From assembly GCA_023379675.1 (NCBI GenBank), contig JAMCPL010000016.1:34407-98406 (forward strand): a DNA stretch of 64,000 nucleotides. Reading direction: 5' to 3'. Shown here piece after piece: positions 20,899-29,716 of the stretch. Within the stretch, counting starts at the first letter, position 1. Every line of letters begins with the position of its first letter. Both the position numbers and the translations under genes were made by a program. This DNA comes from Actinomycetota bacterium. Lineage in GTDB: Bacteria; Actinomycetota; Acidimicrobiia; Acidimicrobiales; JAMCPL01. Below the pieces are notes generated by a model. That model did no database searches, was not told the origin of the DNA, and saw nothing but the letters and a program-made list of their open reading frames with translations.

Positions 20899-21816
20899 AT
20901 GCATCCTGTAAGTGAACATGCCGTCCATGGCAGTGCCGTATGTAGACGGTACGCCAATTCCCTGCTGGAGCGTTGTACGATGCCTCCTGCAGGTTCCCAT
21001 ATCGACTGTGCGGTGTCTGGAGGGCCGGATTCCGTAGCCCTGATGATACTGGCCGTCCATGCGGGGTGTGAAGTGACCGCTATTCATGTAGATCACGGCT
21101 TGAGGGAAGGATCAGGTAGAGAGGCGGGTGTCGTGGCGAGCATAGCGTCGAGATTTGGGGCAGGCTTCGAGGCGGCACAAGTAGACATTACCAACGGAGC
21201 CAATCTGGAGGCCAGGGCCAGGGATGCACGTATGAAAGCTCTGCCGGCTGGGGTGTCCACCGGACACACCATGGATGACCAGGCGGAGACGGTTCTCATG
21301 TCGTTGCTGCGCGGCTCGGGCCTGGATGGCGTGTCCGCCATGAAGCCCGGTGTGCGTCACCCAATATTGAATTTACGCAGGGCGGAGACGATCCAGCTTT
21401 GCAAGATGCTAGGCGTGGAGACCGTGGACGATCCGACCAACACCGACAACCGATTCCTGCGCAACAGGGTAAGACATCAGCTTATCCCGCTCTGTTGCGA
21501 GATTGCCAGTAGGGATGTGGTGCCGTTGCTGGCACGCCACGCCTTGCTTGCACGAGAGGAATCGGATTTCCTGGATGATTTGGCGAAGGACATAGATCCT
21601 TGCGATGTAAACGCCTTGAATGGCGCCGGCAAGGTTATTGCCCGGCGGGCAATCAGGGAATGGTTGCGTTCCGGAGAATATCGCTATCCTCCTGACCTGG
21701 CCGGAGTGGAGCGGGTGTTGTCGGTGGCTGCTGGCGAATGCGAGGGGACTGATGTCGTGCCGGGCATCCATGTGAGCCGTTCCAGAGGCATGCTGACCAA
21801 GACCCGCTACGAGTAA
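20899..21816 (+). CDS. tilS: tRNA(Ile)-lysidine synthase
   Basis: AVSGGPDS PP-loop, HVDHGLR, EARAR..R, GHTMDDQAETVL, DPTN....RNRVR; start uncertain. Confidence 0.94.
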   Translation: MHPVSEHAVHGSAVCRRYANSLLERCTMPPAGSHIDCAVSGGPDSVALMILAVHAGCEVTAIHVDHGLREGSGREAGVVASIASRFGAGFEAAQVDITNGANLEARARDARMKALPAGVSTGHTMDDQAETVLMSLLRGSGLDGVSAMKPGVRHPILNLRRAETIQLCKMLGVETVDDPTNTDNRFLRNRVRHQLIPLCCEIASRDVVPLLARHALLAREESDFLDDLAKDIDPCDVNALNGAGKVIARRAIREWLRSGEYRYPPDLAGVERVLSVAAGECEGTDVVPGIHVSRSRGMLTKTRYE

Positions 21817-21955
21817 GTGCACAACGGCGGTATCTTGTGTAGGATGATCCGCGGTGGTGATGTCGCCCGTGGAAGCATGGAGTCATGGATGCCTCGAGCG
21901 TTGGAGCCGTGTCATCACTTGTATCTGGATAGCGGAGATAGCGGAGGTAATTGCC

Positions 21956-22489
21956 ATGTATGAAGGCTATGGACATCTCGGTGAGATAGTGGTATCCGAG
22001 GAGGCCATACGGAAGCGCACTTCCGAGCTGGCATCCGAACTGATAGCAGATTACGCCGGACGAGTTCCGCTGCTTGTCGGGGTATTGAAAGGTGCATTGA
22101 TTTTTATGGGGGATCTGATCAGGGAATTGGATATCCCTCTGGAAATAGATATGATGGCGATCTCATCCTATGGTTCGGCCACCTCCACCAGCGGGGTGGT
22201 AAGAATCATTAAGGACCTGGACACGGATCTCACCGACCGGCATGTACTCATTGTGGAGGACATAGTGGACAGCGGGCTTACCCTTTCCTACCTGAAGCGT
22301 AGCCTGCTTGCTCGCAATCCTGCTAGCCTGGAAGTATGTGCATTGCTGGTGAAAGATGGCGTGCGGCGAGCAGATCAGGAGGTGCGCTACGCAGGTTTTC
22401 ATATCCCTCCGCGTTTTGTAGTCGGGTACGGGTTGGATATGAATGAGCGCTACCGCAATCTCCGAGACATATACATTTACACTCCATAA
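21956..22489 (+). CDS. hpt: Hypoxanthine phosphoribosyltransferase
   Basis: VLKGA, SSYG, VLIVEDIVDSGLTL, FVVGYGLD..E.YRNL; GGAGGT RBS before ATG 21956. Confidence 0.96.
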   Translation: MYEGYGHLGEIVVSEEAIRKRTSELASELIADYAGRVPLLVGVLKGALIFMGDLIRELDIPLEIDMMAISSYGSATSTSGVVRIIKDLDTDLTDRHVLIVEDIVDSGLTLSYLKRSLLARNPASLEVCALLVKDGVRRADQEVRYAGFHIPPRFVVGYGLDMNERYRNLRDIYIYTP

Positions 22490-22633
22490 CCATCCGGTGA
22501 ATGGAAATGGACAGGAACGGCGTAACCTCTATTTCGACTCGCAGCGCGGCACCCTGCAGAAGGGTTACCTGGTCCGGCTACCTGCTGAGCCTCTTAAGTG
22601 TCCTGATATGCAGTATGCAGCTGGTGTGCCGCA

Positions 22634-23209
22634 ATGAGCGTGGATATGGCTAGGGCCGAGAGTGCGGTCAGGGAGTTACTCCTTGCGATAGGGGAGGACC
22701 CTGATCGTGACGGGCTGCAGGCGACTCCCAGGAGGGTGGCTGTGATGTGCGAGGAAATATTTGCCGGCATCGGGCTGGACCCATCCCAGCACCTAATGGT
22801 GACTTTCGATGCCGCCCATGAGGAGATGGTCATGGTGAAGGACATCCCGTTTGCGTCGATGTGCGAACATCACTTGGTTCCGTTCCTTGGCAAGGTGCAT
22901 GTTGCCTACATCCCTGGCAAGGAGGGGAGGATCACCGGGTTGTCCAAGCTGGCCAGACTCGTGGAAGGATACGCGCGCAGGCTTCAGGTGCAGGAGCGGA
23001 TGACCACTCAGATAGCCGATGCCATGGAAGCGGTGCTGTCGCCACGGGGAGTGCTGGTGGTGGTGCAGGCGGAGCATCTTTGTATGGCCATGCGGGGTGT
23101 CAGGAAGCCGGGGACCACGACTGTCACGTCTGCGGTGAGAGGAGTGTTCCGGGATGATCCACGAACGCGCCTTGAAGCCATGTCTTTTGTGCATGGATCC
23201 AATGGGTAG
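22634..23209 (+). CDS. folE: GTP cyclohydrolase I
   Basis: [45 protein letters not shown]. Confidence 0.97.
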   Translation: MSVDMARAESAVRELLLAIGEDPDRDGLQATPRRVAVMCEEIFAGIGLDPSQHLMVTFDAAHEEMVMVKDIPFASMCEHHLVPFLGKVHVAYIPGKEGRITGLSKLARLVEGYARRLQVQERMTTQIADAMEAVLSPRGVLVVVQAEHLCMAMRGVRKPGTTTVTSAVRGVFRDDPRTRLEAMSFVHGSNG

Positions 23210-23320
23210 CGGCTCCGGTGGGCCCATACCGGAGTCTGATTGCCTACCCTCTGATATCCGGCTGTATGTTGGTTTGCTCTCCACGCACGTAAACGTACCG
23301 GTACTTCCGGCATCACTGTA

Positions 23321-24166
23321 ATGGGTGCCGCAGAGCCTGCTAAGGTAAGTCCTGCAAGTGACCTGCCTTCCCGTTTGATAATGGGCATAATCAATGTCAC
23401 GCCCGATTCCTTCTTTCCCGACAGCAGGTATCCCGATCCTGCTGTAGCCATCGAAAGAGGCATGGAGATGATCGCCGAAGGAGCGGACATCCTTGACATT
23501 GGAGGAGAATCCACAAGACCAGGTGCTTCGCCAGTCGGCGAGCAGGAGGAGATGGCCAGAGTGTTGCCGGTTGTCCGTGAACTCGCCAAGTATGTCCGGG
23601 TTTCCATTGATACCCGCAAGCATGCCGTGGCACTTGAAGCAGTACAGGCCGGCGCATCCATCATCAATGATATTTCCGGTTCCCTCTATCCTGTGGCGGC
23701 GGATTATCATGTGGCGTGGATAGCTATGCATATGAAAGGTGACCCGCAGCATATGCAGGAATCCCCCACCTATGGAGACGTGGTGGCCGAAGTGGAAAGC
23801 TTTCTGCTGGATGTAGCATCCAAGGCCGTAGATGCGGGTGTGGAGGAGGTGTGGATAGATCCCGGGATCGGGTTCGGGAAAACCCTGGCGCACAACGTGG
23901 AATTGCTCCGGACGCTTCCAAGGCTCGCGTCGCACGGCTTTCCTGTCCTTGCGGGAACCAGCCGCAAGAGTTTTCTTGGTGCTCTAGGTTCACGGCATGC
24001 AGGCGAAACACTGGATCCGCACCTGCGCCTTCCAGGTTCACTGGCCACCGCCATATGGTCCTTTATGGCAGGTGCGTCTGCGGTGAGGGTGCATGACGTG
24101 CGCGCCACCAGAGAGGCGCTCATGCTGCTGGAGGCGATAGGAGAGCGTCCGCGGCTAAAACGGTAA
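23321..24166 (+). CDS. folP: Dihydropteroate synthase
   Basis: MGIINVTPDSF, DIGGESTRPG, SIDT, INDISG, DPGIGFGK, SRKSF, RVHDV. Confidence 0.97.
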   Translation: MGAAEPAKVSPASDLPSRLIMGIINVTPDSFFPDSRYPDPAVAIERGMEMIAEGADILDIGGESTRPGASPVGEQEEMARVLPVVRELAKYVRVSIDTRKHAVALEAVQAGASIINDISGSLYPVAADYHVAWIAMHMKGDPQHMQESPTYGDVVAEVESFLLDVASKAVDAGVEEVWIDPGIGFGKTLAHNVELLRTLPRLASHGFPVLAGTSRKSFLGALGSRHAGETLDPHLRLPGSLATAIWSFMAGASAVRVHDVRATREALMLLEAIGERPRLKR

Positions 24167-24280
24167 GATTGCAATGTCTTCAATTGCCGCTAAGCAGGTG
24201 TAGGTAGCTGTGGCCATGTTTTGTATGGCCATGTTTTGTATGGCTAATGCCTGCAGCGGCGCAGGTGGTAAGATATTTAT

Positions 24281-25084
24281 ATGTCCATTGCCTACGAAGT
24301 GAGGTCAGATCATAAGGCGCTTTACAATGGACGGACGCTAAAAGAATGGATACCTGATATTGTCACCGCACTGGTAGCCGAGGTTGACCCCGTTCAGATA
24401 TACGTATTCGGTTCTGTTGTCCGTGACGAAGACGGTCCTGACAGCGACTTGGATATTTTAGTCGTGTTCGACAGGATAGAGAACGATCAGCTATGGTCCA
24501 TGAAGAGCAAGGCAGGGGTGGCTACCGCCGGCTACGTTCCCCGCGATGTGCTTGTCACCGACTTGGCCCGCTTCGAGTTCAACAAGCAGAGACTCTGGCA
24601 TATAGAACACGAGGTTGCGGAATCAGGTCAGCTGGTATACAGCCGTGAACCTCGGATACCAAAGGAGATGTACATGAATCCACCACCGGTAGACAATGAT
24701 GCAGATGCCGGCTATTGGCTGGAAAGAGCAAAGAGGGATTCAAAGGCAAGTAACCATCACCAAGTAAACGACCAACCTCTTGCACTCTACCTTGCCCAGC
24801 AGGCTGCTGAAAAGGCACTCAAGGCGCTGATAATCTCTGACGGGATAGGTTGCCCAAAGACTCATGACCTAAGCGAGTTGGCAAAGGCACTTCCTGCCGG
24901 CCATAGTGATCGTTTTAATACGGATCTTTTCAACTTGAAGAATCTCAATGATCTCACCAAATGGGAGGTTGAGGGACGTTACCCCGCCATAGTGGACAAT
25001 TTCAGCGATGATGATGCAGAGCGACTGTTTGCCACATCTGGCCATATATTGGAAACAGTGGAAAGTATAATCGGCAAGAGCTAA
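24281..25084 (+). CDS. Fused minimal nucleotidyltransferase (MNT) plus HEPN domain protein
   Basis: FGS..R.....DSDLD(I)LVV MNT motif; C-terminal WLERAKRD..A...AQQAAEKALKA....KTHDL..L...RYP HEPN motif; visibly more AT-rich than its flanks. Confidence 0.85.
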   Translation: MSIAYEVRSDHKALYNGRTLKEWIPDIVTALVAEVDPVQIYVFGSVVRDEDGPDSDLDILVVFDRIENDQLWSMKSKAGVATAGYVPRDVLVTDLARFEFNKQRLWHIEHEVAESGQLVYSREPRIPKEMYMNPPPVDNDADAGYWLERAKRDSKASNHHQVNDQPLALYLAQQAAEKALKALIISDGIGCPKTHDLSELAKALPAGHSDRFNTDLFNLKNLNDLTKWEVEGRYPAIVDNFSDDDAERLFATSGHILETVESIIGKS

Positions 25085-25089
25085 GAGGC

Positions 25090-25992
25090 TCAGCGGACGC
25101 GAATTACCTGAGTGTTGCCGACGGAATCATGCCAGGCCCTCCACGATTTGCTCCAGAGGGGTGAAAGGGCATTCAGCACCCCCGGCAGGATAAAGGCCAG
25201 GAAGAGCACGACGAAGACAGCCCTGCGTACCAACGCCCTTGCAGCACCCGCCTGCCCGCCCGTAACGGCGTCGCGAGTGGCGATCCCGAGGGCCATCTTG
25301 CCCACGGTCTGGCCACGTGTGCTACCGTCCATCAGCGCAAAGTATCCCAGCAAGATGACCAGTTCGAGCACGTAGACCTCCATAAGGTGCGTATTGAACA
25401 CCGGCAATCCATTCTTGCCCGTAGAGATCTTACCGGGTAGGACTACGCTCACGATCACGGAGCCAACAATGTTGATCAGGAGGATGTCCAGTATGTACGC
25501 CAAGGCGCGCTTCCACCATGGAGCGCATGGACGGCCCAAGCAATCGACCGGCCCAGGATGCTGTAGCGCCTGACCGGGAAACTGGCCATATCCACTGGCT
25601 CCATATGCGCCCGGCATGCCGGCACTTCCAGGATGTCCCCATCGAGGGGGAGCACTCTGGTACGGATTCTCCGGAAACATCCCATCCTGTGGCTGGCCGT
25701 TGCCATTCGAGGCATCTTGCGGGTAGCGGCTGCCATTTTGACGGGCCTGGCTGGAGGTTTCTCCGTACCGCTTGCCGTTCACACGACCATATGTACGTAC
25801 ACCGGTATCATCACTGTCACTGTGTTGGCGGCTGGAATCCTCCGACCCGCCTACCTCCTCCGACCCGTAAAAAGGCGCCTTGCCGTAAGCAGGCTTGGGT
25901 AGGGTAGGTTCGGATTGGCTGGGTTCGGGTAAGGCCGACTCGGGCCGACTCGGGCCATGGTCATTCTCTTGCTCGTCATCTGCCATATACAT
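25090..25992 (-). CDS. RDD family membrane protein
   Basis: A.WWKRALAYILD, GQTVGKMALGI, R.WHD; Pro/Gly-rich N-terminus. Confidence 0.88.
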   Translation of the reverse strand: MYMADDEQENDHGPSRPESALPEPSQSEPTLPKPAYGKAPFYGSEEVGGSEDSSRQHSDSDDTGVRTYGRVNGKRYGETSSQARQNGSRYPQDASNGNGQPQDGMFPENPYQSAPPRWGHPGSAGMPGAYGASGYGQFPGQALQHPGPVDCLGRPCAPWWKRALAYILDILLINIVGSVIVSVVLPGKISTGKNGLPVFNTHLMEVYVLELVILLGYFALMDGSTRGQTVGKMALGIATRDAVTGGQAGAARALVRRAVFVVLFLAFILPGVLNALSPLWSKSWRAWHDSVGNTQVIRVR

Positions 25993-26032
25993 TCATCCTA
26001 ACATACCGCCCGGTGAATGTGGATCGGGCACG

Positions 26033-26170
26033 CAGTAAGGACTGGAAAGAAGAGTGGGAGTGGAGGGGGAAAGAATAGTGGGAGTGGAGGGGGAAAGAAT
26101 AGTGGGAGTGGGAGTGGGTGGGAAAATGGGTAAGAGGGGGAACAGTAAGGACTGGAGGGAGAGGGAGGGA
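26033..26170 (+). repeat. Purine-rich tandem repeat tract containing a G-quadruplex motif
   Basis: 24-bp unit AGTGGGAGTGGAGGGGGAAAGAAT x2 (26053-26100), G3N3G3N3G3N1G3 (26104-26122), flanked by direct repeat CAGTAAGGACTGGA (26033-26046 and 26143-26156). Confidence 0.85.
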
Positions 26171-26227
26171 ATGGAAGCGAGAACGGGAAGCAGCCAGGGC
26201 GAGTAGCGTTGCCCCGGATTTTCGGTA

Positions 26228-27415
26228 ATGATATACATAGATATGACCTGGGTGGATCTTGTGATACTGGTACTGGTCGGGCTGGCCGCCGTGAGGGGGC
26301 TCAGGCTCGGCGCCGTCCAGCAGATTCTGTCGTTCGGCGGCTTCTGGCTGGGGCTGTTCCTGGGCGCCCTCATCGCGCCCTTTTTCGCGCATACAGTCTC
26401 GTCATCGCTGGCCAAGGGGGTAATAGTAATCGTTGCCGTGCTGGGATCCGCCATCGTACTCGGTGGCCTGGGCAGGGTCGTGGGATCATTCTTCTCCACT
26501 GCGATCAGGCGCATCCATCTTGGAGGGGTGGACACAGTGCTCGGAGTGGGGGTGGCGGTAGTAGCCACTCTCCTCGCCTGCTGGCTGGTGGCAAGCTTCA
26601 TGGTCAATTCCAGATGGCCCGCCCTGGACAGCGCCATAGGCGGTTCAAGGATAATCACCGCGATGGATCGGATACTGCCTGCGCCGCCGGCTCTATTCTC
26701 CAAAGTGGAGAGCTTCCTCACTCAAGAGGGGTTCCCGGTTGCTTTTGCAGGTATCCCGCCACAAGTGTCCGGTAAGGTCACCCTGCCGGACAATGTCCAG
26801 GTACGAGCCGCTCTCACTGCTGATGCATCGTCCACCGTAGAAATTGAAGGCCGTGCCTGCGGGCTCATACTGGAGGGAAGCGGGTTTGTGGTGGCACCAG
26901 GATACGTTGTCACCAATGCTCATGTGGTGGCAGGCGAGCGGAGCACATACATACTGGAAAACGGGCGTCAGTTTCCCGCCACCCCGGTGCTCTACGATCC
27001 CAAGCTCGACATATCGGTGCTACGGGCCCCCACCTTCTCCAAGCCTCCTCTGAAGCTCGATCCACACCTGGTGCCGACCGGAACCCCAGGCGTGGTGATG
27101 GGCTACCCCGAAGACGGCCCGTTCACCTACGGAACTGCCGGCATAATGGCTTTATACGATGCAAGGGGGCTCGACATATACGGCAACGCCTACGTAACCA
27201 GGCAGATATACGGCCTCCGGGCCATCGTGCGACCTGGAAACTCGGGTGGCCCCCTCGCAGAGCCGGATGGCACAGTCATTGGCGTAGTGTTCGCCCGTTC
27301 CACCACCAATTCGCAGGTGGGCTATGCAATCGCATCACCAGCAGTGCTGGCTGAAGTGCATCCTGCGCTCCGCAGCACCACCAGGGTATCGACTATGGAA
27401 TGTTCCAGCGCCTGA
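26228..27415 (+). CDS. marP: MarP family membrane serine protease (CvpA-like TM domain plus trypsin domain)
   Basis: Four TM helices, C...EGSGF, VTNAHVVAG, D...L, VRPGNSGGPL, C-terminal Cys. Confidence 0.88.
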   Translation: MIYIDMTWVDLVILVLVGLAAVRGLRLGAVQQILSFGGFWLGLFLGALIAPFFAHTVSSSLAKGVIVIVAVLGSAIVLGGLGRVVGSFFSTAIRRIHLGGVDTVLGVGVAVVATLLACWLVASFMVNSRWPALDSAIGGSRIITAMDRILPAPPALFSKVESFLTQEGFPVAFAGIPPQVSGKVTLPDNVQVRAALTADASSTVEIEGRACGLILEGSGFVVAPGYVVTNAHVVAGERSTYILENGRQFPATPVLYDPKLDISVLRAPTFSKPPLKLDPHLVPTGTPGVVMGYPEDGPFTYGTAGIMALYDARGLDIYGNAYVTRQIYGLRAIVRPGNSGGPLAEPDGTVIGVVFARSTTNSQVGYAIASPAVLAEVHPALRSTTRVSTMECSSA

Positions 27416-27567
27416 GCGACAGGGCCGGTGATGGCAAGGCAACTTGAAAACTGGGCAAGAGCCGGTAGCAGGAACATTTGGGTGGACGGGCAAGCGGTGT
27501 GGAGAGAGGATTACCGGCGGCGGAATATTCAGGAAAACACGACCAGGATAAGGATAAGGATAGGTAG

Positions 27568-29526
27568 ATGGCACTTCCCATAGAGGACTACGGCATAATA
27601 GGAGATACTCACACTGTGGCCCTGGTGGGCAGGAACGGCTCGATAGACTGGCTCTGCCTGCCTAGATTCGATTCGGAGGCGTGCTTCGCAGCCCTGCTCG
27701 GCGACGACTCCAATGGCTGCTGGAAGATAGCACCGGTCGGCGGGGGCATGGCGACCCGCAGGCACTACATGGGGAACACTCTTGTACTGGTGAGCGAGTT
27801 CGACACCATTCAGGGTACCGCCAGAGTGATCGACACCATGCCCATAAGAGAGGAGCATCCGTGGGTCATCCGCGTCGTGGAAGGAGTCTCCGGTAAGGTC
27901 GATATGCGCATGGACCTTACCATCAGGTTTGGATACGGTAGCACCATTCCCTGGGTACACCGATCAGATGGCCTACTGGTGGCTGTTGCCGGCCCTGACA
28001 CGCTGGCACTGTGGACACCGGTCGAGACAAGGGGCATCGACCGTTCCACCGTAGCTGAGTTCTCCATCTCCCAAGGTCAGCGGGTACCGTTCACTCTCTC
28101 TTGGAGCCAGTCTCATCAGAATCCCCCGCGGCCCATAGATGCCTGGTACTCGATCGAGGATACCCGCACCTGCTGGGAGGAGTGGGTATCCCACTGCACA
28201 TTTGACGGGGAATGGGGAGAGGCCGTCGTACGGTCACTGATCACCCTGAAGGCGCTCACCTACGAGCCTACTGGCGGGATAGTGGCGGCAGCGACCGCAG
28301 CGCTACCAGAGACCCTGGGGGGGATGCGCAACTGGGATTACCGGTACTGCTGGCTCAGGGATGCCACCCTCACCCTTGGGGCGCTGATGAGGAGCGGTTA
28401 CCATGAAGAGGCGCTCGCATGGAGAGATTGGCTGCTGAGAGCCGTAGCCGGTGACCCCTCCGAACTTCAGATAATGTACGGTCCCGCCGGAGAGAGGCGG
28501 CTTGCCGAATGGGACGCTGACTGGCTGCCCGGCTACGAGGGCTCCAGGCCCGTACGGATCGGTAACGCCGCATCGGAGCAGTACCAGCTGGATGTATATG
28601 GCGAAGTGCTCTCCACGCTGTGCGAAGCGGCAAGGGTGGGAGATGTCCCGACACCTGCCACATGGGGATTGGCAAGCACGCTCATGGAGTTCCTCGAATC
28701 GAACTGGTCACGACCGGACGACGGGATATGGGAGGTACGCGGCCCGCAACGGCACTTTACCCATTCAAAGGTGATGGCGTGGGCAGGGGTGGACAAGATA
28801 ATCAAGATGGCGGAGGCTTTCCCCCCGGATGCCGTTACCGCGCCTGCACGGAACACGGGCACAAGAGGCATGTCCCGCGCGATCGGCAAAGGAGATTCCA
28901 GGAACGGGCCTGGACCTCTGCCGATCGACAGATGGCGCCAGTTGCGCAGCAAGATCCACAAGGAAGTACTCGTTGCGGGTTACAACCCGAAAGTAGGTGC
29001 ATTCACCCAGTTCTACGGATCTGATGCCCTTGACGCGAGCGTACTCATGATACCTATGGTCGGCTTCCTGCCCGCCACCGACGAGCGCATGATTTCCACC
29101 ATTGAAGCCATCGAACGTGACCTGACCGAGGATGGGTACGTACTGCGTTATAGAGCTGAGGATGCCCACGACGTGGACGGCTTGAGCGGGCGGGAGGGGG
29201 CCTTCCTGGCGTGTTCGTTCTGGATGGCCGACTGCCTTGCGCTGATAGGCAGGGAATCCGATGCAAGGGCCCTCTTCGAGAAGTTGCTGGGGCTGAGAAA
29301 CGATCTGGGGCTCCTGTCCGAGGAGTATGACATGGTGGCAAAGCGACTGGTGGGTAACTTCCCGCAGGCGTTCTCCCATGTGTCTCTCGTCAATGCCGCA
29401 TACAACCTGTCGGGGCATTCGATGGATACGAGTAGGTCGATACCACCCAGCCAACTCCTGCGCAAGGTCAGGCAAGGTTCCCGGCGGAAGAAGTCATCGC
29501 TGCACCGCCGCCACAGCATCTCGTAG
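27568..29526 (+). CDS. Glycoside hydrolase family 15 (trehalase/glucoamylase-like)
   Basis: IEDY..IGD, GSIDWLC.PRFDS, RNWDYRYCWLRD, QLDVYGE, GIWEVRG, GLLSEEYD, GNFPQAFSH. Confidence 0.93.
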   Translation: MALPIEDYGIIGDTHTVALVGRNGSIDWLCLPRFDSEACFAALLGDDSNGCWKIAPVGGGMATRRHYMGNTLVLVSEFDTIQGTARVIDTMPIREEHPWVIRVVEGVSGKVDMRMDLTIRFGYGSTIPWVHRSDGLLVAVAGPDTLALWTPVETRGIDRSTVAEFSISQGQRVPFTLSWSQSHQNPPRPIDAWYSIEDTRTCWEEWVSHCTFDGEWGEAVVRSLITLKALTYEPTGGIVAAATAALPETLGGMRNWDYRYCWLRDATLTLGALMRSGYHEEALAWRDWLLRAVAGDPSELQIMYGPAGERRLAEWDADWLPGYEGSRPVRIGNAASEQYQLDVYGEVLSTLCEAARVGDVPTPATWGLASTLMEFLESNWSRPDDGIWEVRGPQRHFTHSKVMAWAGVDKIIKMAEAFPPDAVTAPARNTGTRGMSRAIGKGDSRNGPGPLPIDRWRQLRSKIHKEVLVAGYNPKVGAFTQFYGSDALDASVLMIPMVGFLPATDERMISTIEAIERDLTEDGYVLRYRAEDAHDVDGLSGREGAFLACSFWMADCLALIGRESDARALFEKLLGLRNDLGLLSEEYDMVAKRLVGNFPQAFSHVSLVNAAYNLSGHSMDTSRSIPPSQLLRKVRQGSRRKKSSLHRRHSIS

Positions 29527-29716
29527 ACAACTGACTCAGAACCATATCACGATATAGAAAAGCCACAATATATCGTGGCCTATATTTACCTATACCGCAC
29601 GATATATGAAGCGCTGATCTGTCTTTCGACGGTTCCGATCCCGCTGGTCTCTCGACCCACCCTTCTGACGGCAACGATCCAACTTGACAATAGAGTGGCT
29701 TAAACCAGATGCCGGC

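Noticed and set aside
23212-23236. Hairpin GGCTCCGGT...ACCGGAGTC after folE as a folate-related riboswitch
   Set aside because: Simple stem-loop downstream of folE with no THF or ZTP aptamer features; at most an mRNA-stabilising hairpin
22793-23935. 380-aa - strand ORF
   Set aside because: Antisense to folE and folP
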